From Methanocaldococcus sp. 16A (GTDB taxonomy: Archaea > AGJL01 > Methanococci > Methanococcales > Methanocaldococcaceae), in assembly GCA_049860595.1 (NCBI GenBank), contig CP187551.1: DNA of 64,000 nucleotides; one strand, written 5' to 3'. Under the pieces are notes generated by a model that saw only the letters and a program-made list of their open reading frames with translations, did no database searches and was not told the origin of the DNA. Shown in pieces: positions 20,368 to 31,994 of this stretch; the stretch's first letter is position 1; each line of letters begins with the position of its first letter. A program made the position numbers and the translations under genes.

Positions 20368-20757
20368 ATGAGTGTATGGCAGGGAAGAAGTAGAAGAAAA
20401 CCAACAGGAGGATTATATAGACCAGCAAGAAAAAAGAGAAAATTTGAAATGGGTAGAGAACCAATTGAAACACACGTAGCAGAAGATGTTATCAAAGTAA
20501 AGAAGGTTAGAACAAGAGGAGGAAACTTAAAGGTTAAAGTTGTTAGAACAGGCTTTGCTAATGTATTAGACCCAGAAACAAATACCTGTAAAAAAGTTAA
20601 AATAATAAGAGTTAGAGAAAACACTGCAAACATCCACTACGTTAGAAGAAACGTTATAACAAAAGGAGCAATTATTGAAACAGAGATTGGTTTGGCAAAA
20701 GTTACATCAAGACCAGGGCAAGATGGAACTGTCAATGCAATATTAATTAAAGAGTAA
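20368..20757 (+). CDS. rps8e: 30S ribosomal protein S8e
   Basis: [28 protein letters not shown]. Confidence 0.98.
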   Translation: MSVWQGRSRRKPTGGLYRPARKKRKFEMGREPIETHVAEDVIKVKKVRTRGGNLKVKVVRTGFANVLDPETNTCKKVKIIRVRENTANIHYVRRNVITKGAIIETEIGLAKVTSRPGQDGTVNAILIKE

Positions 20758-20827
20758 ATCTCTAATCTTTTATTTTTTATATCCTACATAATTTATTTAT
20801 TTAAATTAACCATTAATATGTGAGATT

Positions 20828-21835
20828 ATGAAACTTGAGAGATATTTAGCTGTTTCAAAAGATTTAGTCCCAGCAAAGTTCATAATAACTAAGTGTATAG
20901 AAGTTGAAGAATTTGATGGATTGGAAATAAACGAATTATGGAACTTACATAACAAATTTGTAAAAAAATTAGACTTTAATATCAATTTTGAAGATTTGGA
21001 ATTTGTTAAACCAAACTTATTAGATTTAAAAATAGAAATTGCTAAAAGAATTTTTAGAAATTGTCATTTCTGTGAGCATAGGTGTTATGTAAATAGAGAA
21101 AATGAGAGAGGATTTTGTAGAATAAAAGAAAGTTATTACTCATCAGAATTTTTGCATTTTGGAGAAGAGAATGTTTTAATACCATCACACACAATTTTTT
21201 TCTGTGGATGTAATTTTAAATGTGTCTTCTGCCAAAATTGGGATATATCTCAAGTTTATTTTGATGATTCCATACCAAACTTATGCATCCCTTATAACCC
21301 AAAAGAAATGGCTAAAATTGTAGAATATAGAAGAAGTATTTCAAAAAACGTTAATTTTGTTGGAGGGGAACCTACTCCTCATTTATTAAGTATTTTAGAG
21401 ACATTAAAATATCTAAATGTAAATATTCCTGTTGTTTGGAACTCAAATATGTATCTGACTGTTGAAGGACTAAGTTTATTAAAAGGTGTCGTTGATGTTT
21501 TCCTAACAGATTTTAAATTTGGAAATAATGAATGTGGAAAAAGATTATCAAAAATTGAGAACTATTTTGATATAATTAGTAGGAACCATTTACTTATAAG
21601 AGATGAGGAAGTTATTATAAGGCACTTAGTAATGCCTAACCATCTTTATTGTTGCACAGAGAAAATATTTGAATTTATTTCCAAATATTTGGACAATGCT
21701 GTAGTTAATGTAATGTTTCAATATCGTCCAGAATATAAGGCAAAATATTATCCAGACATAAATAGAACTTTAACATATGAGGAGATGGCAATAGCATTAG
21801 ACTTAGCAAAAAAATATAAATTAGATTTAATTTAA
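20828..21835 (+). CDS. Radical SAM protein, PflX/PFL-activating-enzyme-like
   Basis: CNFKCVFC motif plus N-terminal CHFCEHRC; GGEPTP; QYRP. Confidence 0.88.
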   Translation: MKLERYLAVSKDLVPAKFIITKCIEVEEFDGLEINELWNLHNKFVKKLDFNINFEDLEFVKPNLLDLKIEIAKRIFRNCHFCEHRCYVNRENERGFCRIKESYYSSEFLHFGEENVLIPSHTIFFCGCNFKCVFCQNWDISQVYFDDSIPNLCIPYNPKEMAKIVEYRRSISKNVNFVGGEPTPHLLSILETLKYLNVNIPVVWNSNMYLTVEGLSLLKGVVDVFLTDFKFGNNECGKRLSKIENYFDIISRNHLLIRDEEVIIRHLVMPNHLYCCTEKIFEFISKYLDNAVVNVMFQYRPEYKAKYYPDINRTLTYEEMAIALDLAKKYKLDLI

Positions 21836-21841
21836 TACTTC

Positions 21842-23020
21842 TTATCCATTTTTCACCTTTTCCCTCTTAATCATTTTAAATTTTTTCCCTCCACATTCAC
21901 AAATTAAATCCTCAACTTTTTTTATTTTATCTCCAACTTTATGGATTTTTCCACATTTTAGGCATTTGTAATATCTTATAACCGGCTTAACTAAACCAGT
22001 ATATATTTTCTCAGTGTCTCCAATATTTATTTTCAAATTTTTTCCAATTAATCTCGCTATAAATGTTGTATTTGCAATTATCTCACTACCTTCATAATAA
22101 TTAAAGTTTGGTATCAACTCTGAAATAACGAATCCCATATCTGTAATTGCTTTTTGAATAGAGAGCCATTCATCTATTGGCTTGTGAGAATAAGACAAAT
22201 AAGCTATTCCTTCTTTTCCTAACGCCTCAATCCCTCTTGATAAAAATAGCTTTAAGCCATTAACAGTATATGGCGGGTCTGTTGAGATAACATCAAACCT
22301 CTCCTTTAAATTTTCAGGAAGAGGCTTTCTCAAATCATGTTTAATTGTTTTAATCTTAACATTTTCTTTTTGTGAGAATTTTTCTATAAGCTTTAGAATC
22401 CTCTCATCTATATCCACAACAGCTATTTCTTCAGCCATGTTTGTTAGAGCAGTTGGTAGAGATGTTAGGTCATCATCTCCAACAAATAGAATTCTCTTTC
22501 CTTCTAAATCCCCTCTTTCGTACATTAAAGCAGCTCTATATGTTGATGTCTCTGGTGTTGCAAAGGATTGGTCTATTGTTGTATTGACTAATGGCCTTCT
22601 TTTAGCCCAAACTCTAACCTTATTTAAAATATCTTCAAAAAATTCATCTAAAACTATGCCTCTACCTCCACATCTATCACATAGCAAAGATTTTTTATAC
22701 TTTAATTTTAAAAAATTCTCTGCAAATTCTATTCCTAAATCTGTTAGCTCAGCTCCTCTTTCAGTCCTCTTTAATATTTTTTCTCTCTCTAAGATAGTCC
22801 TTACCTTAGCAACAATTGGTAAAGGCAATCTTGTCTTTTGACCAATCTTTTTTGTAGATATTGGCTGATGTCTATAAATAACTCTAATTATATCTTCAAC
22901 AGCTCTTTTTCCCTCAGCTATATCAGCTTTTTTAGCAACACTATCCAAAAGTATTGAAAATTTTACCTTCTCATCTACTTTTGTTTCTTTACCTTTTCCA
23001 ATTTTCCCAATAATTTTCAT
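21842..23020 (-). CDS. BpsA/DUF43-family aminopropyltransferase-like (Rossmann) protein with N-terminal wHTH and zinc ribbons
   Basis: GDDDLTS, DIDERIL, TDPP motifs; CDRC and CLKC...CECGG. Confidence 0.75.
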   Translation of the reverse strand: MKIIGKIGKGKETKVDEKVKFSILLDSVAKKADIAEGKRAVEDIIRVIYRHQPISTKKIGQKTRLPLPIVAKVRTILEREKILKRTERGAELTDLGIEFAENFLKLKYKKSLLCDRCGGRGIVLDEFFEDILNKVRVWAKRRPLVNTTIDQSFATPETSTYRAALMYERGDLEGKRILFVGDDDLTSLPTALTNMAEEIAVVDIDERILKLIEKFSQKENVKIKTIKHDLRKPLPENLKERFDVISTDPPYTVNGLKLFLSRGIEALGKEGIAYLSYSHKPIDEWLSIQKAITDMGFVISELIPNFNYYEGSEIIANTTFIARLIGKNLKINIGDTEKIYTGLVKPVIRYYKCLKCGKIHKVGDKIKKVEDLICECGGKKFKMIKREKVKNG

Positions 23021-23041
23021 TATTTCACCAAAAATTAAAGA

Positions 23042-24049
23042 TTAACAGACTCTCGGTATAGGGTCACCGATTGGTGTATCTACAACTCTCTTTCCTACAA
23101 TTGTTTCCATTACAACCCCTTTATGTTCTTTTGTAGCATAGCCAATAATTTCAGCATTCTTTCCTAACGGATGTTCTCTCAAAATCTCTAAACATCTTTC
23201 AGCATCTTCCTTTTTAACAGCCATTACTACCTTTCCCTCATTAGCTATTGTTAAAGGGTCTAAGCCAAGGATATCACAAATTGACTGAACTTCATCACTT
23301 ATTGGGATTTTGTCCTCAAAGATAGTTATTCCTATATTGCTTTTTTCAGCCATCTCATTTAACGCATCTGCCAAACCTCCCCTTGTAGGGTCTTTCATTG
23401 CATTTATTTGAATTTCTTCTTCTAAAACCTTCTCAATCAATTTATTTATTGGGGCTACATCTGATTTTATATTTGTTTCAAAATCAAATCCTTCCCTTGA
23501 TAATAGAATAGCTAATCCATGCTCTCCTATATTTCCAGAGACAATTATTGCATCTCCCTCTTGAACATTACAATCTCTAATAGCTTTACCTCTATCAACA
23601 ATCCCTATTCCAGCAGTTGAAATAATGATATCATCAACTCCATCAGATACCTTTGTATCTCCTGTTACTATTGCTACTTCTGCCTCTTTAGATGTCTCAT
23701 TTATTGATTTAATTATTTTCTCTAAATCCTCTAAGTTAAAACCCTCTGGAATGATTAAAGATAGAGATAGAGCTAATGGCTTAGCCCCCATAACTGCTAA
23801 ATCATTTACAGTCCCACTAACAGCCAATCTACCTATATCCCCACCTGGGAAAAATATTGGTTTAACTGTATGCCCATCAACGGTAAAGACAATCTCTTTA
23901 TCTCCTATTGGGATAGTTGCTGAATCATCTAAGCTCTCTAAGCCAATTCCTCCATTAACTGATGTTATCTCTAAATTTTTCAATATTACATCTTTTATAA
24001 GTTCCTGCATTACCTTTCCTCCAGCTCCATGCATTCTTGTGATTTTCAT
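23042..24049 (-). CDS. hypE: Hydrogenase maturation protein HypE
   Basis: HGAGG, FFPGGDIG, DPTRGG; C-terminal PRVC. Confidence 0.96.
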   Translation of the reverse strand: MKITRMHGAGGKVMQELIKDVILKNLEITSVNGGIGLESLDDSATIPIGDKEIVFTVDGHTVKPIFFPGGDIGRLAVSGTVNDLAVMGAKPLALSLSLIIPEGFNLEDLEKIIKSINETSKEAEVAIVTGDTKVSDGVDDIIISTAGIGIVDRGKAIRDCNVQEGDAIIVSGNIGEHGLAILLSREGFDFETNIKSDVAPINKLIEKVLEEEIQINAMKDPTRGGLADALNEMAEKSNIGITIFEDKIPISDEVQSICDILGLDPLTIANEGKVVMAVKKEDAERCLEILREHPLGKNAEIIGYATKEHKGVVMETIVGKRVVDTPIGDPIPRVC

Positions 24050-24186
24050 AATCTCACTCTTTAACTTTATTGAATACTTAAATATTTTGATATTTAATTT
24101 ATAGTCCTTCACTGAATCTAAGTTTAATCAACATGAACAAAAATAACTACTAAAATAAATAAAAAAATAGAGATAAATAACCAAAT

Positions 24187-25179
24187 TTAATCTCCTCTAT
24201 ATTGCATTTTCTCAGCTTCGCTTATTTGAGTTATATCTATTCCTTTCATAGCTTCTCCTAAGTTCTTGCTAACCTCTGCAACAACATCTGGCTTATCATA
24301 GTTATAAGTAGCTTCAACAATTGCTCTAGCTCTTTCTAATGGGTTCTCTGATTTAAATATTCCTGAACCAACAAAAACTCCATCAGAACCGAGTTGCATC
24401 ATTAATGCAGCGTCTGCAGGTGTTGCAACTCCTCCAGCCGCAAAATTAACTACTGGCAATCTTCCTAATTTTTTAACCTCTAATAAAACTTTATACAATC
24501 CATCAACAATCTCAGCCAATGTAAAGCCCTCGTAGATTGGCTCATTTTCTAAAACAGTTGCTGGCAATCCCATTCCTTCTCTAACTGTCTCAGCTAATTC
24601 AGCATATCTTTGAGCATAGAATTTAGCAACTCCATAAACTTCTTCATCAGTCATTCTCTGCAATTGAGCTATAGCTTCATTCATCAATCTCATGTGTCTA
24701 ACTGCCTCAACAATGTTTCCAGTTCCTGCCTCTCCTTTTGTTCTTATCATAGCTGCTCCTTCCCAGATTCTTCTAACAGCCTCTCCTAAGTTTCTTGCCC
24801 CACAAACAAATGGAACGTTAAATTTCTTCTTATATATGTGGAAAAATGGATCTGCTTGGGTTAAAACTTCACTCTCATCAATCATATCTACTCCAATAGC
24901 CTCTAAAACCTCTGCTTCTGTTGTATGTCCAATTCTACACTTAGCCATAACTGGAATTGAAACAGCATCCATTATCTCCTCAATTAAAGCTGGGTCTGAC
25001 ATTCTTGCAACTCCACCAGCTGCCCTAATATCAGCAGGAACTCTTTCCAAAGCCATAACTGCAACAGCTCCTGCTTCTTCAGCTATTTGAGCTTGTTCAA
25101 CATTAGTAACGTCCATTACAACTCCATGCTTAACCATCTTAGCAAATCCTTTCTTTAATAAATCAGTTCCTTTTTTCAT
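24187..25179 (-). CDS. pdxS: Pyridoxal 5'-phosphate synthase lyase subunit
   Basis: [39 protein letters not shown]. Confidence 0.97.
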   Translation of the reverse strand: MKKGTDLLKKGFAKMVKHGVVMDVTNVEQAQIAEEAGAVAVMALERVPADIRAAGGVARMSDPALIEEIMDAVSIPVMAKCRIGHTTEAEVLEAIGVDMIDESEVLTQADPFFHIYKKKFNVPFVCGARNLGEAVRRIWEGAAMIRTKGEAGTGNIVEAVRHMRLMNEAIAQLQRMTDEEVYGVAKFYAQRYAELAETVREGMGLPATVLENEPIYEGFTLAEIVDGLYKVLLEVKKLGRLPVVNFAAGGVATPADAALMMQLGSDGVFVGSGIFKSENPLERARAIVEATYNYDKPDVVAEVSKNLGEAMKGIDITQISEAEKMQYRGD

Positions 25180-25265
25180 AACTATCCCTCCATAAGCTAT
25201 GAGTTATTTAAAAGTTTGTGTATGAAGTTATAATCTCCAAGCTATTATATATTATTTTAATTTTT

Positions 25266-26228
25266 TTAGTGATAAATTATTAGCACAAACACTGCTATAA
25301 ATAACATAACCCATAATAAAATTGCATATAACGTATATTTTTTTGCCTTCTCTTTTTCCCACCATCTATATGGTGAAATCCCATAAGCTGAGAATATAAC
25401 AATGGCGGATAAATTTATTGCTATCATATTTATTAAAAATAAAATTAATGCTAAAAAACTCTCTGTTATATAACCAGCCCCTATTAGCAAACCAAACACA
25501 GCCAATGGAGGTAGTAAGGCAATAGCTATCATAACTCCTACAACAGTAGATGAAACGTTTGATATTGTTGATAAACTTCCAGCAATCCCTGCTGATAAAG
25601 CTATAACAATATTCCAAAAATCTAAGGTAATTCTTGAGTGTATTTGTGGATTATCTAAAGATATAGGCAAATAATGACCAGCAATCATTGACAAAACTAT
25701 AACAAAAACTAATTCTATTATTATTGTCTTTATACTTTTTAATGCCAACTTATAATCTGCTACTGTAATTGACAAAGATAAAGAAATATTAGGACCTAAT
25801 AAAGGGGCGATAATCATTGAAGCTATCAATAAAGCAACATCATCTTTATAAATCCCAGCTATAGCAACGATTGTAGATAATATAAGCATTAAGATATTTT
25901 CCTTTGTTAAATTTGCAATATCTGCAACTGTACTATATAATTCCTCCCTAATTAATCTCTCTGGTTTTTCTTTCTCTTCTTCCTCTTCAATTGGAGGATA
26001 AGTCATGGTTGGTTCAAATACAACAATCCTATAATTTGCTCCTCCATATCTCTCTTTAAGTTTATCAACTATCTTTTCACTATCTTTTAATGTCGTTAAA
26101 ATTTGTATGGTTGAGATTGCTCCATTTGTTTTAACATTAGCCCAAATAACTCCATCCCATTCTCTTATTTCATCAATTCCCATAAATAAATGCTTAGGTA
26201 TGTGGCATTCAATAAATCTAAGCTTCAT
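25266..26228 (-). CDS. TIGR00341/DUF389-family membrane protein
   Basis: ASMIIAPLLGP; VGVMIAIALLPPL. Confidence 0.85.
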   Translation of the reverse strand: MKLRFIECHIPKHLFMGIDEIREWDGVIWANVKTNGAISTIQILTTLKDSEKIVDKLKERYGGANYRIVVFEPTMTYPPIEEEEEKEKPERLIREELYSTVADIANLTKENILMLILSTIVAIAGIYKDDVALLIASMIIAPLLGPNISLSLSITVADYKLALKSIKTIIIELVFVIVLSMIAGHYLPISLDNPQIHSRITLDFWNIVIALSAGIAGSLSTISNVSSTVVGVMIAIALLPPLAVFGLLIGAGYITESFLALILFLINMIAINLSAIVIFSAYGISPYRWWEKEKAKKYTLYAILLWVMLFIAVFVLIIYH

Positions 26229-26267
26229 AATCCCAACATAAAAATTATTTAAAAATTTAAAATAGAT

Positions 26268-27218
26268 TTACTCTTTTTTCATCTCGTTTAAGATTCTCTT
26301 AGCTATGCTTTCTCCATCTAATCCATAGTATTTTAAAAGCTCATCTGCCTTTCCACTTCTTCCAAATACATCATTAATTCCTATTCTTAAAAGCTTTTTA
26401 TTTAAACCATTTGAAGCTATTACCTCAGCAACAGCTCCTCCTAAACCGCCAATAATGTTGTGGTCTTCAACTGTAACAACAAAATCTTTTGATTTTTTAA
26501 TTATTTCCTCATCTATTGGTTTTATTGTAGCCATCTCTACTATCTCAGCTGATATTCCATTTTCTTTTAAAATTTCTGCAGCTCTCAAAGCCTCTGGCAC
26601 TTCCTCTCCAGTAGCTATGATAGTTAAATCATCTCCTTCAACTAAAACCTTTCCTCTTCCTATTTTAAATGTTGCCTCTTCCTCATTTTCATAAATTATC
26701 TCAGTATCTCTCCTTGGCATTCTTACATAAACAGGACCTTTATAATCAGCTATAGTTCTAATAACATTTTTTGTGTGATAATAATCTGAAGGAGCAATAA
26801 CAACCATGTTTGGAATTGCTCTCATTATAGCTATATCTTCACACATTTGGTGGGAAGCCCCATCCTCTCCAACAGTAATTCCTGCGTGTGTTGCAACAAT
26901 CTTCACATTTAGCTTTGGATATGCCACTAAATTCCTTATTATTTCCCATGCCCTTCCACTTGCAAACATTGAGAATGATGAAGCAAAGACAATTTTACCA
27001 GTTGTTGCTAATCCTGCTGCCATACCTATCATATTTTGTTCAGCAACTCCTGCATTGAAAAATCTGTCTGGAAATTCCTTAGCAAACATAGCTGTTTGTG
27101 TAGAACCAGATAAATCAGCATCCAAAACTACCAAATTTTTATACTTTTTTCCTAACTCTATCAGTGTCTCTCCATAACCTTTTCTCATCCCTTTATAAAC
27201 TCCACTCAACTTAACCAT
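26268..27218 (-). CDS. Transketolase, C-terminal subunit
   Basis: GVAEQNM, GEDGASHQ, TIKPID, VEDH...GGLG. Confidence 0.93.
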   Translation of the reverse strand: MVKLSGVYKGMRKGYGETLIELGKKYKNLVVLDADLSGSTQTAMFAKEFPDRFFNAGVAEQNMIGMAAGLATTGKIVFASSFSMFASGRAWEIIRNLVAYPKLNVKIVATHAGITVGEDGASHQMCEDIAIMRAIPNMVVIAPSDYYHTKNVIRTIADYKGPVYVRMPRRDTEIIYENEEEATFKIGRGKVLVEGDDLTIIATGEEVPEALRAAEILKENGISAEIVEMATIKPIDEEIIKKSKDFVVTVEDHNIIGGLGGAVAEVIASNGLNKKLLRIGINDVFGRSGKADELLKYYGLDGESIAKRILNEMKKE

Positions 27219-27252
27219 AATTTTTCACCTAATAATTAATTTTATTTTCTTT

Positions 27253-27966
27253 TTACTGTGTTTCTTCATGAATATCAAAGCTTTTTGTTGAAAAATTCTG
27301 ATTTTCTATATTTAAAGCTTTTAAAGCTGCGTCTCTTAAGTTTTTAACTGCTGTTTTAACATCATCTTTTCCAAATATTGCTGAAGCTGCAACTAAAACA
27401 TCTGCTCCAGCTTTTACTGCCAATGGGGCGGTTTCAACATTTATTCCTCCATCAACAAAGATTTTTGTATCATAACCATTTTCAACAATCATGCTTTTCA
27501 ATTTTCTAATCTTTTTTGTCATCACTGGAATAAACTTCTGTCCAGAAAATCCAGGTTCAACAGTCATGACTAAAACTCCATAAACTTCATCTAAAATATA
27601 CTCTATTCTATCCAAAGGTGTTGCTGGATTTAAAGCTACTATTGGCTTAGCTCCAATGCTTTTAATCTTATTTATAATTCTAAATGGAAATCTTACCGCT
27701 TCTATATGGAAGGTTATATAATCCATTTCTTCAAATTCATTAATAAATAAATCAACATTTTCAACCATTAAATGAACCTCAATAGGGAGGTGTGTTAATT
27801 TTTTAACATGCTTTGCAATCCCAATTCCCATACTTATATTTGGAACAAAATGCCCATCCATCATATCTACATGGAAGAAATCAACTCCAGCTTCTTCAGC
27901 CTTCCTAATCTCTTCCTTTAAATGTCCAAAATCTGCAGATAATATTGAGGCTCCAATTTTAATCAT
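27253..27966 (-). CDS. rpe: Ribulose-phosphate 3-epimerase
   Basis: HVDMMDGHFVPN, MTVEPGFSGQ, VDGG. Confidence 0.96.
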   Translation of the reverse strand: MIKIGASILSADFGHLKEEIRKAEEAGVDFFHVDMMDGHFVPNISMGIGIAKHVKKLTHLPIEVHLMVENVDLFINEFEEMDYITFHIEAVRFPFRIINKIKSIGAKPIVALNPATPLDRIEYILDEVYGVLVMTVEPGFSGQKFIPVMTKKIRKLKSMIVENGYDTKIFVDGGINVETAPLAVKAGADVLVAASAIFGKDDVKTAVKNLRDAALKALNIENQNFSTKSFDIHEETQ

Positions 27967-28049
27967 TTAAACCACCAAAAATCAATTAATAAAACAATTA
28001 ACAACTAAATTTTAATTTAAATTTTTATTTTTTTAATAATATTACATAA

Positions 28050-28880
28050 TTACTCTTCATATTTTAATTCTTCTAATGCTTGTTTTAACTGCTCTTCATT
28101 TGGTGCTTTTCCATGGAAAGCTACATTATTCTCCATGAATGAAACTCCTTTACCTTTAATTGTATAAGCAATAATCATCTTTGGCTTTCCATTTTTTAGA
28201 TTTTTAGATTTTTCTACCGTATTTATAATTTCTTCAAAGTTATGTCCATCTATCTCAAAAACATCCCATCCAAATGCTTCAAACTTAGCTTTTATATCTC
28301 CTAAACTCATAACATCCTCTGTGCATCCATCAATCTGTAATTTATTTCTATCAACAAATGCAATTAAGTTATCTAATTTGTAGTGGGCTGCTGCCATTGC
28401 CGCTTCCCATACAATGCCTTCTTGACATTCTCCATCTCCCAACAAAACATAAACATAATTATTCAACTTCTCTAACTTACATCCCAAAGCCATTCCTACT
28501 GCTGCTGAAAATCCTTGCCCTAATGAACCTGTGCAAATCTCAACTCCTGGTGTATCCATTGAAGGATGTCCTTGCAACTTTCCTTCCAATCTTCTTAATT
28601 TCCAAAGCTCCTCCTCTTCTATTATTCCCAACTCAGCCAAAACAGCATATAACGCTGGAGCAGCATGTCCCTTACTTAAAACAAATCTATCTCTATCTTT
28701 TTTATATGGATTTTTTGGGTCATAGTTCATTAATTTGAAGTATAAAGCCACTATAATATCAGTTGCAGATAAACTTCCTCCAGGATGCCCCGACTTTGCT
28801 AAACCAACCATTTTTACAATATTATATCTAACTTTTTTTGCTATTTTCTCTAAATCTTTAATTTCTAAGTTATTAGCCAT
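28050..28880 (-). CDS. Transketolase, N-terminal (ThDP-binding) subunit
   Basis: [34 protein letters not shown]. Confidence 0.94.
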   Translation of the reverse strand: MANNLEIKDLEKIAKKVRYNIVKMVGLAKSGHPGGSLSATDIIVALYFKLMNYDPKNPYKKDRDRFVLSKGHAAPALYAVLAELGIIEEEELWKLRRLEGKLQGHPSMDTPGVEICTGSLGQGFSAAVGMALGCKLEKLNNYVYVLLGDGECQEGIVWEAAMAAAHYKLDNLIAFVDRNKLQIDGCTEDVMSLGDIKAKFEAFGWDVFEIDGHNFEEIINTVEKSKNLKNGKPKMIIAYTIKGKGVSFMENNVAFHGKAPNEEQLKQALEELKYEE

Positions 28881-29034
28881 AGTTTCACCTTTTTAAGATT
28901 TAAAAAATCATATCTTTGTTTAATAAATTAATAAAAAAGTAAAAACAAAAAATCTATAATGATGTTATGCTAAAATAATTATTAGTCCTATTTAAAACTT
29001 ACACCTAAAAATAAATAGAAATAAATAGAATGAT

Positions 29035-30477
29035 TTATCCTTTAATAACTCCCAATGGTCTCATTCTTGCTACTTTTAAAGATATTCCTGCTCTATGACA
29101 TGTGTCTGCAACTAAATCAATATTCTTATATGCCTCTGGTGCTTCTTCAGCCATAACTGCCTTTGAATCACTCATGGCAATTATTCCCATCTCAGCTAAT
29201 TTTCTTTGTATCTCTTTACCTTTCCATAGCTTTAAAGCCTTAGCTCTGCTCAACTTTCTTCCTGCACCATGAGCTGTTGAACCAAATGTTTCTTTCATAG
29301 CTATTTCTGTCCCTCTCATTAAATACGAAGCTGTTCCCATATCTCCTGGAATAATAACTGGCTGTCCTACTTCTCTATATTCTTTTGGAATCGCCTCATG
29401 CCCTGGTGGAAATGCCCTTGTAGCCCCTTTTCTATGAACTACAACTTTAACTTTTCTTCCATCTATTATGTGTTCCTCTTTTTTGGCAATGTTGTGGGCT
29501 ACGTCATACACTATACTCATCTCTAAATCCTCAGCATGTATTTTAAATACTTCCTCAAAGCTCTCTCTAACCCAGTGTGTAATCATCTGTCTATTTGCCC
29601 ATGCATAGTTTGCTCCACAACACATTGCCTTAAAGTAGCTCTGCCCTTCTTCTGATTCAAATGGAGCACATGCCAATTGTCTATCTGGCAACTTTATTCC
29701 ATAGTTCTTAGCTGCTTTTTCCATAGTTCTTAAATAATCAGTACATATTTGATGTCCAAGCCCACGAGAACCGGTATGCACCATAACAACGACTTGATTC
29801 TCCTCTATTCCATAAATTTCTGCAGCTTCTTCATCAAATACTCTCTCAACATATTGCACTTCTAAAAAGTGATTACCACTACCTAAGCTACCCAATTGAA
29901 CTCTTCCTCTCTCTTTTGCTTTATCTGATACATAAGATGCGTCTGCATCTTTTAAGCAGCCATGTTCTTCAATAAACTCTAAATCTTCTTTCCAACCATA
30001 ACCCTCTCTGACAGCCCATCTAACTCCCTCTTCTAAAACATCATCCATAACACTTTTACTGAACTTTACAATTCCTTTACTACCTAAACCAGAAGGGACA
30101 TTTTTAAATAATGTTTTTATAAGCTCTTTTATTTTTGGTTCTACTTCATCTTTTGTTAAATTAGTTCTTATTAATCTAACTCCACAGTTTATATCAAAAC
30201 CTACTCCTCCAGGACTTATAACTCCCTCTCTCTGGTCAAAAGCCGCTACTCCTCCAATTGGGAACCCATAACCATAATGTACGTCTGGCATTGCAATTGA
30301 GTATTTGTAAATTCCAGGTAGGCATGCAACATTGGCTATTTGTTCTAAAACCTCTGGCTCTAACTCATCTAAAAGAATCTCATTTAAATATATTCTTCCA
30401 GGAACTCTCATACAATCTTTATAGTCTTTAGGTAACTCCCAAACTACATCAGAAACTCTGTTTAAAATATCTTTCAT
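29035..30477 (-). CDS. rtcB: RNA-splicing ligase RtcB (no intein)
   Basis: [44 protein letters not shown]. Confidence 0.97.
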   Translation of the reverse strand: MKDILNRVSDVVWELPKDYKDCMRVPGRIYLNEILLDELEPEVLEQIANVACLPGIYKYSIAMPDVHYGYGFPIGGVAAFDQREGVISPGGVGFDINCGVRLIRTNLTKDEVEPKIKELIKTLFKNVPSGLGSKGIVKFSKSVMDDVLEEGVRWAVREGYGWKEDLEFIEEHGCLKDADASYVSDKAKERGRVQLGSLGSGNHFLEVQYVERVFDEEAAEIYGIEENQVVVMVHTGSRGLGHQICTDYLRTMEKAAKNYGIKLPDRQLACAPFESEEGQSYFKAMCCGANYAWANRQMITHWVRESFEEVFKIHAEDLEMSIVYDVAHNIAKKEEHIIDGRKVKVVVHRKGATRAFPPGHEAIPKEYREVGQPVIIPGDMGTASYLMRGTEIAMKETFGSTAHGAGRKLSRAKALKLWKGKEIQRKLAEMGIIAMSDSKAVMAEEAPEAYKNIDLVADTCHRAGISLKVARMRPLGVIKG

Positions 30478-30511
30478 AATTTTCACCATTATAATTTTAA
30501 ATTCTAATTCT

Positions 30512-30588
30512 AATAAGACTTTTGCAGTTTATATATTTAATAAGGAAGTTGTATGCCTTTAAGTATCTATTTTTGCGAAAATCCTATT
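30512..30588 (+). repeat. Palindromic MITE-like repeat, copy A
   Basis: Ends AATAAGACTTTTGCA ... TGCGAAAATCCTATT form imperfect 15-bp IRs; similar to copies at 33180, 41790, 59613, 60704. Confidence 0.75.
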
Positions 30589-30703
30589 CTAAGTAAAATA
30601 TATGTACTTGCTTGGTATAATTAATTAATAATCATCATAATATTAATAAAATTGGGCTTGATATATTTTAAATAAACTCATTATATTTATTTTAGGGGGT
30701 AGT

Positions 30704-31990
30704 ATGGAAAATAAAAAACTTTCCTTATATGAAGCTGTTTCTATGGGTATTGGTGTAATGATAGGAGCAAGTATTTTCTCCATATTTGGGACTGGAGTTA
30801 AAATAGCTGGAAATTTACTACCCGAAGCTTTTGTATTGGCAGGAATCTATGCTTTTTTAGTAGCTTATTCATATATTAAGTTAAGCAGAGTTATTGTTTC
30901 TGATGCTGGACCTATAGCTTATATTCACAAAGCCTTTGGAGATAGTATAATTACTGGAGTTTTAGCTATTTTGATGTGGTTGAGTTACGTTATCTCTATA
31001 GCTTTATTTGCTAAGGGATTTGCAGGATACTTTTTACCATTGTTTAATATAGGTATAACTCCATTAACCACTGGTTTGGTTGAATTGGCAATTATTTCCT
31101 TCTTTGTGGTATTGAACTTTTTTGGTAGTAAAGCTGTTGGAAAAGCTGAGTTTCTTATTGTTTCAATTAAAGTTTCCATACTTCTATTATTTATATTATC
31201 TGGATTTTTAGTTTTAAATCCTTCTTATTTGTACCCTCCTAATTCCACAACATTTGGACTACTTTCAGCATCTGCTATATTTTTCTTATCCTATATGGGT
31301 TTTGGTGTAATCACTAACGCATCTGAACATATTGAAAATCCAAAGAAAAATGTTCCTTTAGCAATACTACTTAGTATTATTATTGTGATGTTTATATATG
31401 TTGGAGTTTCTGTGGTAGCTTTAGGTTCTTTACCAATTGATGAATTAATAAAATATAGTGAAAATGCCTTAGCAGTAGCAGCTAAACCTGTTTTGGGGAA
31501 TTTAGGATTTTTATTAATATCTATTGGGGCGTTATTTTCTATATCCTCAGCAATGAACGCCACAATTTATGGTGGAGCAAATATTGCCTATGCTTTGGCA
31601 AAAGAAGGGGAGTTACCAAAATTTTTTGAAAGAAAAGTTTGGTTTGGCTCCTCTGAAGGGTTGTATATAACAGCTATCTTAGGTTATCTATTTGCATTAC
31701 TTTTTAATATGGAGGGGGTAGCTTCAATAACAAGTGCTGTCTTTATAATGATATATTTGTTTGTAATCTTATCCCATTATAAACTTATAAACGAAGTTGG
31801 AGGAAAAAAATGGCTTCTTAAATTTAATTTTTCTATAATATTTATTGTTTTTTTAATCCTTTTATATTATCAATGGTGTAACAATAAAATGGCTTTCTAT
31901 GGAATTATTATAACATTTCTATTAGCATTTTTATTTGAGTGTTTCTATAGAAAAAGAAGATGCTTTACTATCAAAAATAAACACCCATAA
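30704..31990 (+). CDS. APC-family amino acid transporter, ApcT-like
   Basis: MIGASIFS (TM1), FFLSYMGFG (TM6), ENPKKNVP; about 12 TM segments. Confidence 0.9.
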   Translation: MENKKLSLYEAVSMGIGVMIGASIFSIFGTGVKIAGNLLPEAFVLAGIYAFLVAYSYIKLSRVIVSDAGPIAYIHKAFGDSIITGVLAILMWLSYVISIALFAKGFAGYFLPLFNIGITPLTTGLVELAIISFFVVLNFFGSKAVGKAEFLIVSIKVSILLLFILSGFLVLNPSYLYPPNSTTFGLLSASAIFFLSYMGFGVITNASEHIENPKKNVPLAILLSIIIVMFIYVGVSVVALGSLPIDELIKYSENALAVAAKPVLGNLGFLLISIGALFSISSAMNATIYGGANIAYALAKEGELPKFFERKVWFGSSEGLYITAILGYLFALLFNMEGVASITSAVFIMIYLFVILSHYKLINEVGGKKWLLKFNFSIIFIVFLILLYYQWCNNKMAFYGIIITFLLAFLFECFYRKRRCFTIKNKHP

Positions 31991-31994
31991 ATAT

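Noticed and set aside
26268-28880. Transketolase split in two with rpe in between
   Set aside because: Split transketolases are the normal archaeal arrangement; both halves have RBSs and intact motifs, so this is not a pseudogene.
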